Counted from the first letter of the stretch, positions 28,831-38,165 are shown. The stretch is 43,427 nucleotides of DNA from Ferroacidibacillus organovorans (GCF_001642725.1 NZ_LSUQ01000021.1:1-43427), one strand, 5' to 3'. Program-made: numbers and translations. Notes: generated from the sequence alone by a model not told the origin.

Positions 28831-29096
28831 CGTGCTCCTGTCTTATTGCGCATAAGGGCGCGAACATGCAGTAGTCACCGTCAATTCGCTGGTGTATGAT
28901 TCAGACACGCTTAATAGCACTTCCTTTCCTGTATACGTTTCGCAAACGATTTTTACAATTCCGTCCATTTGGGTTGCCACGCCATGCAAAGCAGGCGCGA
29001 CATCTGAACCATGCGCAAAAAGCAGGGCATCAGAAAAAAGCGCCGAGATGATGCTCATGCCACATGAGAAAAATGTTGCGCCAGGCAAAGCTTCCA

Positions 29097-30023
29097 TCAC
29101 ACCAGTTCTGCCATCTGTTCCTGCAAATCCCTCTCTGCTTCGACCCTTGTCTTTGTCTGATAGGCAATAGCCATCAAGTTCGAAAGTATCATGACAATCT
29201 TCCATGTGCCAAGAAACGCGTCATCCACCGATTTGTCTGACCTATATCCTGCAAGTACCGCTTGCCTGTCTTCGGGAAGATTCCAGCGCCAAAGGTCCCA
29301 GGCAGGGTGGCTGACATACGAATCTCCAAAGTCAATCAGACCTGTAAACAACCCCGTGTTCGGATCGACAAACGTGTGCGTGGGCCCAGGATTTGAGTGC
29401 AGCGCAACCCGGTCCTCTGAATGCGGTAGAGCAGCCACAGCTTTTTCCGCTACAAACCTTGGTGAAAAAGGCAATGACCATGCGATCTCTTTCTCGCTTA
29501 TGCGCTCAATAAGACCCTCAAATGCATCCCGAAATCGCTCCGCCACATCGGCAAAGGTTTGGTCACCAGGAAACTGGTGGCTCGCCACAAACGGCTGCTG
29601 TTGCAGTGAATGGATTCGTCTCAACGTTTGCCCAAGCCGAAAAAGCATTTCTTTGCGGACGTTCCCTTCAAGAACCGTGTTCACGACAGCCACGCCAGGC
29701 ATCCGTGTCATCACCGTATACTCAATCGTTCCCTCGCGTCCGTAGCCAAGTACACGCGGGACGCTGATACGTTCATCCATGGCCAATTGATTCAGAAAAA
29801 ATGCTTCCTTTTCCAGGCTGGTTCGCGGGCGCAGTTGCTGTGGGCGCTGAACTTTCAAAATCACGTCCCCATCGATTGCATAGGTGCGCGCTTCGCCACC
29901 AGACTCGTCAACACCCGTGACTGCTTTTGCCTCAGGCACATGCTTGCGAACCATGGCCAGCACCACATCGTCACTGTGTATCGGATCAGGCGCGTCCGGT
30001 TGAAGATAAATGTCTTTTGCCAA
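29097..30023 (-). CDS. aminoglycoside phosphotransferase (APH)-family kinase-like protein
   Basis: ILK, E..FL, VPRVLG, VMTRMPG, LRRIH, GLIDFGD. The catalytic loop reads HSNPGPTH. TTG start after GGAGG. Confidence 0.75.
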   Translation of the reverse strand: MAKDIYLQPDAPDPIHSDDVVLAMVRKHVPEAKAVTGVDESGGEARTYAIDGDVILKVQRPQQLRPRTSLEKEAFFLNQLAMDERISVPRVLGYGREGTIEYTVMTRMPGVAVVNTVLEGNVRKEMLFRLGQTLRRIHSLQQQPFVASHQFPGDQTFADVAERFRDAFEGLIERISEKEIAWSLPFSPRFVAEKAVAALPHSEDRVALHSNPGPTHTFVDPNTGLFTGLIDFGDSYVSHPAWDLWRWNLPEDRQAVLAGYRSDKSVDDAFLGTWKIVMILSNLMAIAYQTKTRVEAERDLQEQMAELV

Positions 30024-30232
30024 GCTGTCATGCCCTCCCATATGTACTACAATAGGTTCATGCCCATTCTCTGATTCTATCACATCACCAAAGGAGCTGG
30101 CTCCATGAATCAAAAACGTCGAGTTGCGATCGTTTGGCACGGAGATCAAAAGTGGACAAACAAAAAGACGATTTTATAGGAAATGCCATTCAAAACGAAG
30201 CCGTTCGATCCCTTGTGAAGAGGAGTATCTTG

Positions 30233-30826
30233 ATGACAGAGCGTATCATGAATCCTAATGTGGATGAATTCCTAAATAAATCAAAAAAATGGAAGGAAGA
30301 ATATGAAACGCTTCGAAGAATCGCTCTCGACTGTGATTTGACCGAGGATTTTAAGTGGATGCATCCATGTTACACGTTTGATGGAAAAAATATCGTTTTA
30401 ATCCACGGATTTAAAGAATACTGTGCGCTCCTGTTTCACAAAGGCGCCTTGTTACAGGATGCCCACGGGATTCTCACACAGCAAACAGAGAATGTACAGG
30501 CAGGACGCCAGATTCGATTCAAAAATGTTCGTGAAATCATTGCAACAGAGTCCACCTTGAGAGACTATATCTTTGAAGCCATTGAGGTTGAAAAAAGCGG
30601 TTTGGAAGTAAATTTCAAGAAGACATCGGAATTCATCATGCCGCAGGAATTCCAAAATAAACTCGATGAATCCCCTGCCTTAAAAACCGCTTTTGCGGCG
30701 TTGACGCCAGGGCGGCAAAGGGCATATCTTCTCTATTTTTCTCAACCCAAACAACCCAAAACTCGGGAGTCACGGATTGAAAAAAGCATGGAGAAAATAC
30801 TGAATGGCAAGGGATTAAATGATTGA
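30233..30826 (+). CDS. YdeI family protein (DUF1801 + OmpD-associated domain)
   Basis: KWMHPCY, IHGFKEYCALLFHKGALL, QTENVQAGRQIRF, FAALTPGRQRAY, KTRESRI. Confidence 0.88.
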   Translation: MTERIMNPNVDEFLNKSKKWKEEYETLRRIALDCDLTEDFKWMHPCYTFDGKNIVLIHGFKEYCALLFHKGALLQDAHGILTQQTENVQAGRQIRFKNVREIIATESTLRDYIFEAIEVEKSGLEVNFKKTSEFIMPQEFQNKLDESPALKTAFAALTPGRQRAYLLYFSQPKQPKTRESRIEKSMEKILNGKGLND

Positions 30827-30948
30827 GCAGCTTCTAAGTCAGTGATCGATTTATCGTGAAGCGCATGGCGGAACTTGCTGTGAGACAAGGCGTATTGCGC
30901 TCGCACATCCCATCACAGGTCCGCTGTGATCACCGTCAGGGCAGTGGT

Positions 30949-31911
30949 TCATGATTGATATTTGATACGCGGATCGAGCCATCCGTACAACAAATCGGAT
31001 AACAAATTCCCAAGGATCGTCAAGATGCCAACCAGTGTGACAATGCCGAGTAGAATGGGATAATCCCGATTCTGCGCGGCAGTCCAGAAAAGGAGTCCCA
31101 TTCCAGGATAATTAAAGATCATCTCGATGATTAATGCGCCGCTAAAAAGTCCTGGAAGACTCATTCCAATCAGCGTCACGAGCGAGAGTAGCGAATTGCG
31201 CAGAATATGCCGAATCATAATCCGCGCCTGTCGCAATCCTTTTGCATGGGCCGTTCGAACATAGTCCTGGAGCATCGTCTCAATCATGGATGATCGCAAG
31301 TACCGGCTCCACCCAGGAATCGTTGTCAAAATCAGAACGGACGCCGGTAAAATCATGTGTCGCACATAGCTGACAAATCCCGGATTAGGATTAAGCGGAC
31401 TGCTGATTCCGCCAGAAGGCAGCCAGTTTAAACCGATAGAAAAGATCGAGATGAGAATAACACCTAACCAAAAGGTGGGCATCGCATAGAGGAAATAAAT
31501 CACCACCGTAATACCATAATCGAAACGCGTATCCTTGCGGGCTGCTTGAAATACTCCCACTAAAATCGCAAGGATATGTGAAATCACGATCGCACTTACG
31601 ACAAGAATCAACGTTCTCGGTAAATTCAACGCGATCAAACTCGTCACAGATTGGTGATAGGAATACGAGTAACCTAAATTTCCTTGTAGTAATTTTGAAA
31701 TCCAGATCAGATATTGCACATAAATAGGCTTATCAAGCCCGAGCGATCGATTGATTTGCGCAATCAATTGTGGCGTCGCTTTATCCCCCAGCATGACGGT
31801 TGCCGGTCCCCCAGGTACAATATGCATGAGAATAAAACTGAGAAGCGTGATGCCGATCATGGTGGGGATGGCCTGCAAAACGCGATGGAGTGTGTAGCGA
31901 ATCATCTTCAT
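30949..31911 (-). CDS. peptide/nickel ABC transporter permease (OppB/DppB type)
   Basis: PGGP..., GLDKP..QY, GNLGYS, PTFWLG, DYVRTAHAKGL (EAA), E.IFNYPGMG, DPRI. Confidence 0.9.
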   Translation of the reverse strand: MKMIRYTLHRVLQAIPTMIGITLLSFILMHIVPGGPATVMLGDKATPQLIAQINRSLGLDKPIYVQYLIWISKLLQGNLGYSYSYHQSVTSLIALNLPRTLILVVSAIVISHILAILVGVFQAARKDTRFDYGITVVIYFLYAMPTFWLGVILISIFSIGLNWLPSGGISSPLNPNPGFVSYVRHMILPASVLILTTIPGWSRYLRSSMIETMLQDYVRTAHAKGLRQARIMIRHILRNSLLSLVTLIGMSLPGLFSGALIIEMIFNYPGMGLLFWTAAQNRDYPILLGIVTLVGILTILGNLLSDLLYGWLDPRIKYQS

Positions 31912-31912
31912 C

Positions 31913-32818
31913 CTACCCTCTTCTGTTTAGCCTCACATCAAACGCCTTGCGGAGTGCATCACCAAGAAAGTTAATCGATAAGACGGTTCCAAGGATTGCG
32001 ATTCCTGGCGGATAAATGAGCCACCAAGAATTCTGCGGAAGATACGCCATGGCGTTTGCGAGCATCGATCCCCAATTCGGTTCCGGGGGCGGGAGGCCCA
32101 GCCCGAGAAAACTAAGTCCAGCAATAATTAAAACAGAGTCGCCCACCATAAACGTCGCCGCAACAACGATGGTCGCCATGATGTTTGGGAGGAGATGGAC
32201 AAAGAGAATGCGCATTCTCGACATGCCAAGGGTTGTCGCCGATTCTATATAGGTCAGTTCTTTTAGAGATAAGATTTCAGCGCGCACAATGCGACTGACT
32301 CCATGCCATGATGTAAAAGCGATCAATACGATGAGCAACATGATGCTTGGATGAAACGCGGAGTCAAGAAAAACCATGAGAAAAAGGGTCGGCACGGAGC
32401 GCAGTACATCAATGATGCGCATCAAAAGCGTATCTACCCAACCGCCCACAAATCCAGACACCATTCCGTAGACGACGCCGATGACCATCGCGGCAGTCGC
32501 CGCTATAAATCCCACTTCGAGTGAAGGCTGCCCTCCAAGCATCAAGCGCGCAAGCATATTGCGCCCCAAATTGTTCGTTCCTAAAGGGTAGGCGGGAGAC
32601 GGAGGCTGTAAAATTGAAATCAGATGCATCTGAAACGGATCAGCAGGATAGACCATGGGCCCCGCAAAGCAAAACAGGATGAGGAACAAGAAAATCCCTA
32701 ACCCTACGCGCCCTAATGGTTGCTCCCAAAACCGTGCGAGCGACGACCAAACCCACGATTCTTTCTGGCGAGGAGTAACTTTAGAACTCCTTGTGATCTC
32801 CCGAAGCGCAATCACCAT
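31913..32818 (-). CDS. peptide/nickel ABC transporter permease (OppC/DppC type)
   Basis: PLGTNNLGR, GGWVD..LMR, RIVRAE, HLLPN, LSFLGLG.PPP.PNWG, NFLGDALR..FD. Confidence 0.9.
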   Translation of the reverse strand: MVIALREITRSSKVTPRQKESWVWSSLARFWEQPLGRVGLGIFLFLILFCFAGPMVYPADPFQMHLISILQPPSPAYPLGTNNLGRNMLARLMLGGQPSLEVGFIAATAAMVIGVVYGMVSGFVGGWVDTLLMRIIDVLRSVPTLFLMVFLDSAFHPSIMLLIVLIAFTSWHGVSRIVRAEILSLKELTYIESATTLGMSRMRILFVHLLPNIMATIVVAATFMVGDSVLIIAGLSFLGLGLPPPEPNWGSMLANAMAYLPQNSWWLIYPPGIAILGTVLSINFLGDALRKAFDVRLNRRG

Positions 32819-32865
32819 GTCACTCCCTTCCGCCATCACGCGTAACTGCCCATTCCATTTTCAGA

Positions 32866-32890
32866 AGCGGCGCCTTTGTGCAAGGCGCCG
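32866..32890 (-). terminator. intercistronic hairpin after the SBP gene
   Basis: GCGGCGCCTT-TGTGC-AAGGCGCCGC stem, typical of the mRNA-stabilising or attenuating hairpin downstream of SBP genes. Confidence 0.55.
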
Positions 32891-32901
32891 CAATTTCTGT
32901 T

Positions 32902-34611
32902 TTAATTGGTCCACCAATATTGTGGAGAGATCGAATTCGTAAATGAGTTCGAACTTTTCTCCACTCCGTGCACATTTTTCCCAATCTCCGTCAAGGATGC
33001 GGGAAGCGGCATGTACAAGTTCGGTAATTGATGAGCGGCAAAGTTGGCGTATGCGTCTAACGCTTGCTGTGCCGCTTGCGCGGTTGCGTGTGGTTTGTGT
33101 GTTGCGAGGATCAAACGATCCATCACGGGATTGCTGTAACCAAAGAAGTTGTACCCGCCATTCGTTCCATAAATGCCACCGCCTGTTGGATACGTCCCAC
33201 CGTAACTCCAACTGATGCCCGCTTGCACTTCCCATTTCGATGGTTGATGGTGGTAGTGAAGAAGCGTTGCAAATGGAAGTGGGAGAAGCGTAACCTTAAT
33301 CCCCTCCATCGCCCAATCTTGTTGAAGCAGTTGCACCATCGCCGCAGTCGTTGTATTGCCTGACGGATATTGGACTTCAAAAGAGAGAGATTTTCCTTGC
33401 GCATTTTGCATCACGCCATTGACTTCATGCCAGCCGTTTTTTTCGAGCAGCTTTATGCCTGCTGTCGGATTGAATGAATAAATCGGTTTTTTTAATGTCG
33501 GCGGCAAAAAGGCGTTTGGATACGCAGGAATGGGTCCTGTACCAGGTACCCCGAGCCCATCATACAAATCTTTAATGATGCTGAGCTGATCCACTCCCAT
33601 TTGCATCGCTTGCCGAACTGCGAGTTGTTTAAAGACGGGACCCATGACTTTATTTTTGAAATTCAGCCTCGTCACTGGCATGCTGAAACTATAAGAAGGG
33701 AACAGTTTGTCTGACGTCAACTGTGATCGACTTCCGTACATGTAGGCAGGAAGATAACCCACCTGTACCGTACCCGTTCGCAATGCGTCAACTTCGGCAG
33801 TGTCCGATGTCTCGTACGAGAGTACAAGACTGTCAAGATACGGCTTATGTCCATCGTATTTTGGATTGGGGATAAACTTCCACGATACATTTTGCACCGC
33901 GGAAGCCATCTTAAATGGCCCGTCAGTCACAGAAAAGAATGCTGGATTGTTTCCGTTATTGGCGAGGTACGAAAGTTCCTGATTCACATTGTGGGGATAT
34001 TTATTCCACGATGCTTCTGGCAGTGGGAGCAAGTCAGAGAGACCGTTGTATTCGAACCAGACTTGGTTGACTGGCTGATTGAGCGTGATTTGAAACGTAT
34101 CATTATTGAGCACCTTAAAGGACTGAACATCACTCGGAATTCCCCCAGATCCTGCACCAGAATACGGCCACGGAGCCGGCGCCGTACTGGCGCTTGCCGC
34201 CTTGATCAAATTCCAGGTGAATTGAACATCGCGCGCTGTGACAGGCTGACCATTCGACCAATGCCATTTTGGATTAAGTGAAACCGTATAAACAGTCCCT
34301 TTGGGATTCCAGGAAATTTTGCTTGCAATACTGCGTGCATAATCAATTTGTCCCTTCCCGTCAATATGAAAGAGACCCTTATACATCAGTCCCGAAGCCC
34401 ATGCGTCATACAGACTGTTGTATACATTGGGACGCAGTGGCAAGTACCAGTTGATATCGACTTGCGGAGGCAGTGCCTCTACCACTGTCCCACCGTGATG
34501 GATCGTCGCTGCCAAGGCGTTAGGCAGGCTCGCTGCTACGAGCGAAGATGTTAACATCATCACCGAAGTGGCGATTGGGAGAATACCCTTTCGTCTGTGA
34601 ACCCGTCTCAT
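32902..34611 (-). CDS. family 5 (peptide/nickel) ABC substrate-binding protein
   Basis: WHWSNGQPVTARDV.FT, DGPFK, NPKY, VRQAM, N..GYSNP..D.LI. Signal peptide without lipobox Cys. Confidence 0.88.
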   Translation of the reverse strand: MRRVHRRKGILPIATSVMMLTSSLVAASLPNALAATIHHGGTVVEALPPQVDINWYLPLRPNVYNSLYDAWASGLMYKGLFHIDGKGQIDYARSIASKISWNPKGTVYTVSLNPKWHWSNGQPVTARDVQFTWNLIKAASASTAPAPWPYSGAGSGGIPSDVQSFKVLNNDTFQITLNQPVNQVWFEYNGLSDLLPLPEASWNKYPHNVNQELSYLANNGNNPAFFSVTDGPFKMASAVQNVSWKFIPNPKYDGHKPYLDSLVLSYETSDTAEVDALRTGTVQVGYLPAYMYGSRSQLTSDKLFPSYSFSMPVTRLNFKNKVMGPVFKQLAVRQAMQMGVDQLSIIKDLYDGLGVPGTGPIPAYPNAFLPPTLKKPIYSFNPTAGIKLLEKNGWHEVNGVMQNAQGKSLSFEVQYPSGNTTTAAMVQLLQQDWAMEGIKVTLLPLPFATLLHYHHQPSKWEVQAGISWSYGGTYPTGGGIYGTNGGYNFFGYSNPVMDRLILATHKPHATAQAAQQALDAYANFAAHQLPNLYMPLPASLTEIGKNVHGVEKSSNSFTNSISPQYWWTN

Positions 34612-34755
34612 GGCTTTGACCCCTTTTTGCAATTGACGTCATGGTCAGGAAAATGCCCCCATTTTCCCTCTCCCATGTTTTTATTTTAATTTTTGTAAGT
34701 ATAAGAATAATCCGCGCGAGTTAATCTTGTAAAACGAATGATACGCATTCTCATC

Positions 34756-34770
34756 ATGAGAATCATTCAT
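34756..34770 (-). promoter_or_regulatory. LysR-type recognition site ATGA-N7-TCAT upstream of the SBP promoter
   Basis: Minus strand ATGA-ATGATTC-TCAT (T-N11-A), 22 nt upstream of a TTTACA-18-TATTCT promoter, i.e. centred near -65. Confidence 0.55.
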
Positions 34771-35665
34771 GGATTGCTCGACTTGATGATATGTTTTCAG
34801 TGATAAACTGGATAAAAAGGTCTGTCGCCCGCGTTCGAAATCTGGAATTCGGCAATACATAATACAATTCTCTGATCACGGGAGAATTTTTTAGAGTAAA
34901 CGATTTTAAAAAGTCGTATTGAAGTTCTTTACGAATGGCCCATTTGGAAATCAAGGAAACGCCAAGTCCCGCTTCCACCGCTTCTTTGATCACTTGCGAA
35001 CTCCCAAACTCCATCGTGGAGCGAGGCATGAATCCCTGTGTTTCAAACAATCGATCCGTGACATCGCGCGTACCCGACCCTCGCTCACGCAGAATCCATG
35101 TCTCATTTCGCAAGTCATACAACTCGATTTCTTGCTTATCCATGATGGGGTGTGCAGGTGAAACAATACCGACCATTTCATCCTTCGCAAAGGATCGCGT
35201 GATCAAACCTGATGTATCAAATGATCCTTCAATGATTCCTATGTCCAATTCGTGGCGAAGCACTTGATCGACAATCCGACGTGAATTTTTAATTGTAATC
35301 TTAGGGATGATGTCAGAATAACGCGTGATGAAATCCTGAATCATCTTCGGCAAGAGATATTCTCCAAACGTATATCCCGAGCCAATTGAAAGTTCGCCCT
35401 TTGCTGTATGTGTCAAATCATCCATTAATCTTTTGATCAACTCATATTGAACAACGATTGTTTTTGCTTGCGTGTATAAAATTTCACCCGCTTTTGTGAG
35501 TCGAACATATCTGTTCGATCGCTCAAACAGTAAAACACCATACTTTTTTTCAAGAACTTGAATCTCACGGCTGACGGCGGATTGGGTCAAATGCAACTCT
35601 GCCGCTGCTTTGGTAAAACTATTTTTTTCAGCGATCATAATAAATGTGCGCAGCAGATCGTCCAT
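34763..35665 (-). CDS. LysR family regulator (CysL/YeiE-like)
   Basis: SFTKAAAELHLTQSAVSREI HTH, LFER, LTKAG, TFGEYLLP, LDIGIIEG, WILRERGSGTR, IKEAVEAGLG. Confidence 0.9.
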   Translation of the reverse strand: MDDLLRTFIMIAEKNSFTKAAAELHLTQSAVSREIQVLEKKYGVLLFERSNRYVRLTKAGEILYTQAKTIVVQYELIKRLMDDLTHTAKGELSIGSGYTFGEYLLPKMIQDFITRYSDIIPKITIKNSRRIVDQVLRHELDIGIIEGSFDTSGLITRSFAKDEMVGIVSPAHPIMDKQEIELYDLRNETWILRERGSGTRDVTDRLFETQGFMPRSTMEFGSSQVIKEAVEAGLGVSLISKWAIRKELQYDFLKSFTLKNSPVIRELYYVLPNSRFRTRATDLFIQFITENISSSRAIHE

Positions 35666-35842
35666 ACCGTCCTCCTTGCCAACAAACTCTTTTTTAAATA
35701 TAGTGACATTTATATCGTCTATTGTACATCATGAAATTGCAGATCGTCTCCCTTCCTTCACGTCAAGGTCAATAGCGATGATGTGCCACTATCGTTTAAT
35801 CGTCAACATTCGAAAACGGTGCCGTACCCCGGTTCTCTGTCA

Positions 35843-36640
35843 TCACGCATCCCACGCCCCTATCCCTTGCAGCGCGCGAAGCGCCTCAAGCGTCGTGTGC
35901 ACATCCTGCCACGTGCCGTCCTCACTCGCAAACCGCCCATCCGCCTGTTGCAGGTTCATCAGACGCCGCACGGCGGCATCCACAAGCGTATGGTCGCGCG
36001 AGACGCCGTGCAGACAGAGAGCGTTTACCATCCACGCGAGTTGACTCGCCTCAAGAATCGCAAGCCTTTTTTCAAGTCCGGCCAGAAGTGCGTTTGCGCA
36101 CTCGATTTCGCCAACTCCAAAAAGGAAACCCGCAGCCAGCCAGTGCGCGTGAAAATAGGTTGGAAATCGGCCATCCTGCCCCAGATGATCTACGAGAAAA
36201 TGAGCTGACGCAGTGAGACGCTCGTCATCGCGCGCCGCAGTTGCGAGCCAAAACCCCGCATTCGAAGTCAGATAAAGCGTTGCCTCAAGCACCCCTGGTT
36301 TCGCCCACGGCGGCGCAATCGCGCTGTATGTTTCATCCTCTTGAAAAGAGCCGTCCTCCTGGCGGCGCGACCACAAAAAGGTGCGGGCGCGTTCGACGAT
36401 CTGACCTTCCGTAACGCCCAGCTGTTCAAGAACCGCCAAATGATAGCAAGTGGCATCCAGCGAGTGCGCGCCTGCATCCCAGAATGGCGCAAAACTTCCA
36501 TCCTGGCGCTGCCGATCAGCGATTTCTTTTAACACCACGTCAAGTGCAGGGCAATTTCCCAAAAAAACCTGCAGACGCGCCTGCTCAACAGCGTTTCCGT
36601 TCGCGACCAAAAACTCAATTGCAGACGCTCTGTTAGCCAT
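35843..36640 (-). CDS. prenyltransferase/squalene-oxidase repeat protein
   Basis: QW-like repeats RQRQDGSF, RRQEDGSF, GQDGRF, LQQADGRF and C-terminal TTLEALRAL. Confidence 0.7.
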   Translation of the reverse strand: MANRASAIEFLVANGNAVEQARLQVFLGNCPALDVVLKEIADRQRQDGSFAPFWDAGAHSLDATCYHLAVLEQLGVTEGQIVERARTFLWSRRQEDGSFQEDETYSAIAPPWAKPGVLEATLYLTSNAGFWLATAARDDERLTASAHFLVDHLGQDGRFPTYFHAHWLAAGFLFGVGEIECANALLAGLEKRLAILEASQLAWMVNALCLHGVSRDHTLVDAAVRRLMNLQQADGRFASEDGTWQDVHTTLEALRALQGIGAWDA

Positions 36641-36645
36641 CTCGC

Positions 36646-37767
36646 TCACCCTTTCTTTACGTGAGGTACTAAAAGGATACTGACAACCACGACCACGACA
36701 ACGCCGCCAAGCAGCACCCATGAAAGCGGATGTGCAAAATTCGCAGTAAAGCCTACGCCGAATCGCTTTTCAACCAGCCAACGCGGGTCCTCACGATTGA
36801 AGTAAAAAGCACCGAGCACCCAATTGGCATCATCATCCCGGCGCACAACGCGAGCAGATTCCGATCCCTGCGCGACCCCGTCAGACGCCTTTCGCGTAAA
36901 GCTGCCCAGCATAAAAATCAAGACGATTATACCCGCAACGATCGGAAGCATGGTGGTCAGCATCATGGTACTCGGCGCTTTAGAAATTACGCCCCACATG
37001 GACAGTTCGCCCAAAAAAAGGCTTGCGTTCACAAACGCGATCAGAAGCCAACTTGCGTGAAACAAGCGCTTCATGCGCAAGGTGATGCGTTGCGCTGATC
37101 CGACCGGATCGGCGGGATCGAGATTGCCGCTTGTTTGAAGCGTCGCGCGCTGTAAAACGATCATGAGTATGAACAGACCAAGCCCTAGAAACGACAATGT
37201 AAAGACGCTCATGAACGACTTTGTGGCAAACCCGTTTGCGACACCGCGCACGTTAAAGTGAACTGGAAATACATGTGGAATCTGCGGATAGCGCAGGATG
37301 CCAGCCGCAAATCCAGCAAGCAGGAGTACAACCGTTGGCAACGACCACTTCCACGAAACCGCCTTTCGCCGTGTCGCTCCATGTGTATCGACCGTGATGA
37401 CCTGTCGGTACCCATCCATCCACCGTTCATCGCGTTTTGTTCGCAGCAAAGCGCGATGAATGGTATAGTACAGCGCAAAATCAAGAAAGAGCGGCATGAG
37501 CGGAAGCATCAAAGCCACCATTTCCAGTGTTGTTCCGCGCAGGCCAAAACGCCAGAGCGCGCTCCACGCTGCGACACAAATAAGAAACACAAAAAACAGG
37601 CCCCGCGCATACGTTTTTTTTGCCTTTCGCACAGCCGGATCCTGCAAACGATCAGGCGGAACGCGGACACCAAAAGGAACGGTTGGCTCGACGACTTTCG
37701 GCATGATCCACTGCAAAACAAGGATCAACAGCGTGATCACGCCCATGATGATGAGAATGGGGTTCAT
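36646..37767 (-). CDS. DUF1648/DUF5808 membrane protein (SdpI/YhfL-like)
   Basis: FGVRVP, YPQIP..FPVHFN..G.AN, DDDANWVLG.FYFNREDP...VEKRFGVG.T.NFAHP. The ATG overlaps the GntR stop. Confidence 0.82.
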   Translation of the reverse strand: MNPILIIMGVITLLILVLQWIMPKVVEPTVPFGVRVPPDRLQDPAVRKAKKTYARGLFFVFLICVAAWSALWRFGLRGTTLEMVALMLPLMPLFLDFALYYTIHRALLRTKRDERWMDGYRQVITVDTHGATRRKAVSWKWSLPTVVLLLAGFAAGILRYPQIPHVFPVHFNVRGVANGFATKSFMSVFTLSFLGLGLFILMIVLQRATLQTSGNLDPADPVGSAQRITLRMKRLFHASWLLIAFVNASLFLGELSMWGVISKAPSTMMLTTMLPIVAGIIVLIFMLGSFTRKASDGVAQGSESARVVRRDDDANWVLGAFYFNREDPRWLVEKRFGVGFTANFAHPLSWVLLGGVVVVVVVSILLVPHVKKG

Positions 37768-38153
37768 TGTTCCCCCTCCTTTTGCGATTGAAACGAAGCC
37801 ATGATGCCGCGAATGGCGTGGTCGATGATACCACTTGACATGCCTTTGACATGCGCCTCTGCGAGCAAAACGCGCAAACGAGCTGTCCACGCGAGTGCAA
37901 ACGAAGGATCGGCGTGCGTAAGCGAAACGATGGCGCCCGTCTTGCGATTCAGGCGCAGAATCCCTTCCTGGCGCAGCATGTCGTACGCCTTGTTAACGGT
38001 GTGGAAGTTGATCCCAAAGTCCATCGCCAACTGTCGCGTAGAGGGAAGCGATTCACCATCTTGGAGCTCCCCGCACGCTAAACCTTCGATGATTTGATCG
38101 CGAATTTGCATATAGAGCGGCGTCTCACTCTCGAGTTCCAGGCTTAAAAACAA
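37764..38153 (-). CDS. GntR family regulator (YtrA subfamily)
   Basis: PLYMQIRDQI, LPSTRQLA, INFHTVNKAY, short C terminus. TTG start after AAAGGTGA. Confidence 0.9.
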   Translation of the reverse strand: MFLSLELESETPLYMQIRDQIIEGLACGELQDGESLPSTRQLAMDFGINFHTVNKAYDMLRQEGILRLNRKTGAIVSLTHADPSFALAWTARLRVLLAEAHVKGMSSGIIDHAIRGIMASFQSQKEGEQ

Positions 38154-38165
38154 GCGAATCACCTT

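Larger units (their letters stand above)
27103..35770. mobile_element. putative degraded genomic islet at the 3' end of selC (no integrase seen)
   Basis: Abrupt drop in GC and loss of the host CGCG-rich style right after the tRNA. Spot counts: 14/60 GC at 27481-27540 and 19/60 at 35401-35460, versus 34/60 at 36001-36060. Accessory-type cargo. Right boundary approximate. Confidence 0.6.

Noticed and set aside
28843..29205. 120-aa minus-strand ORF downstream of the APH-like gene
   Set aside because: It overlaps the APH 3' end, has no recognisable motif, and only its last 21 codons have an RBS.
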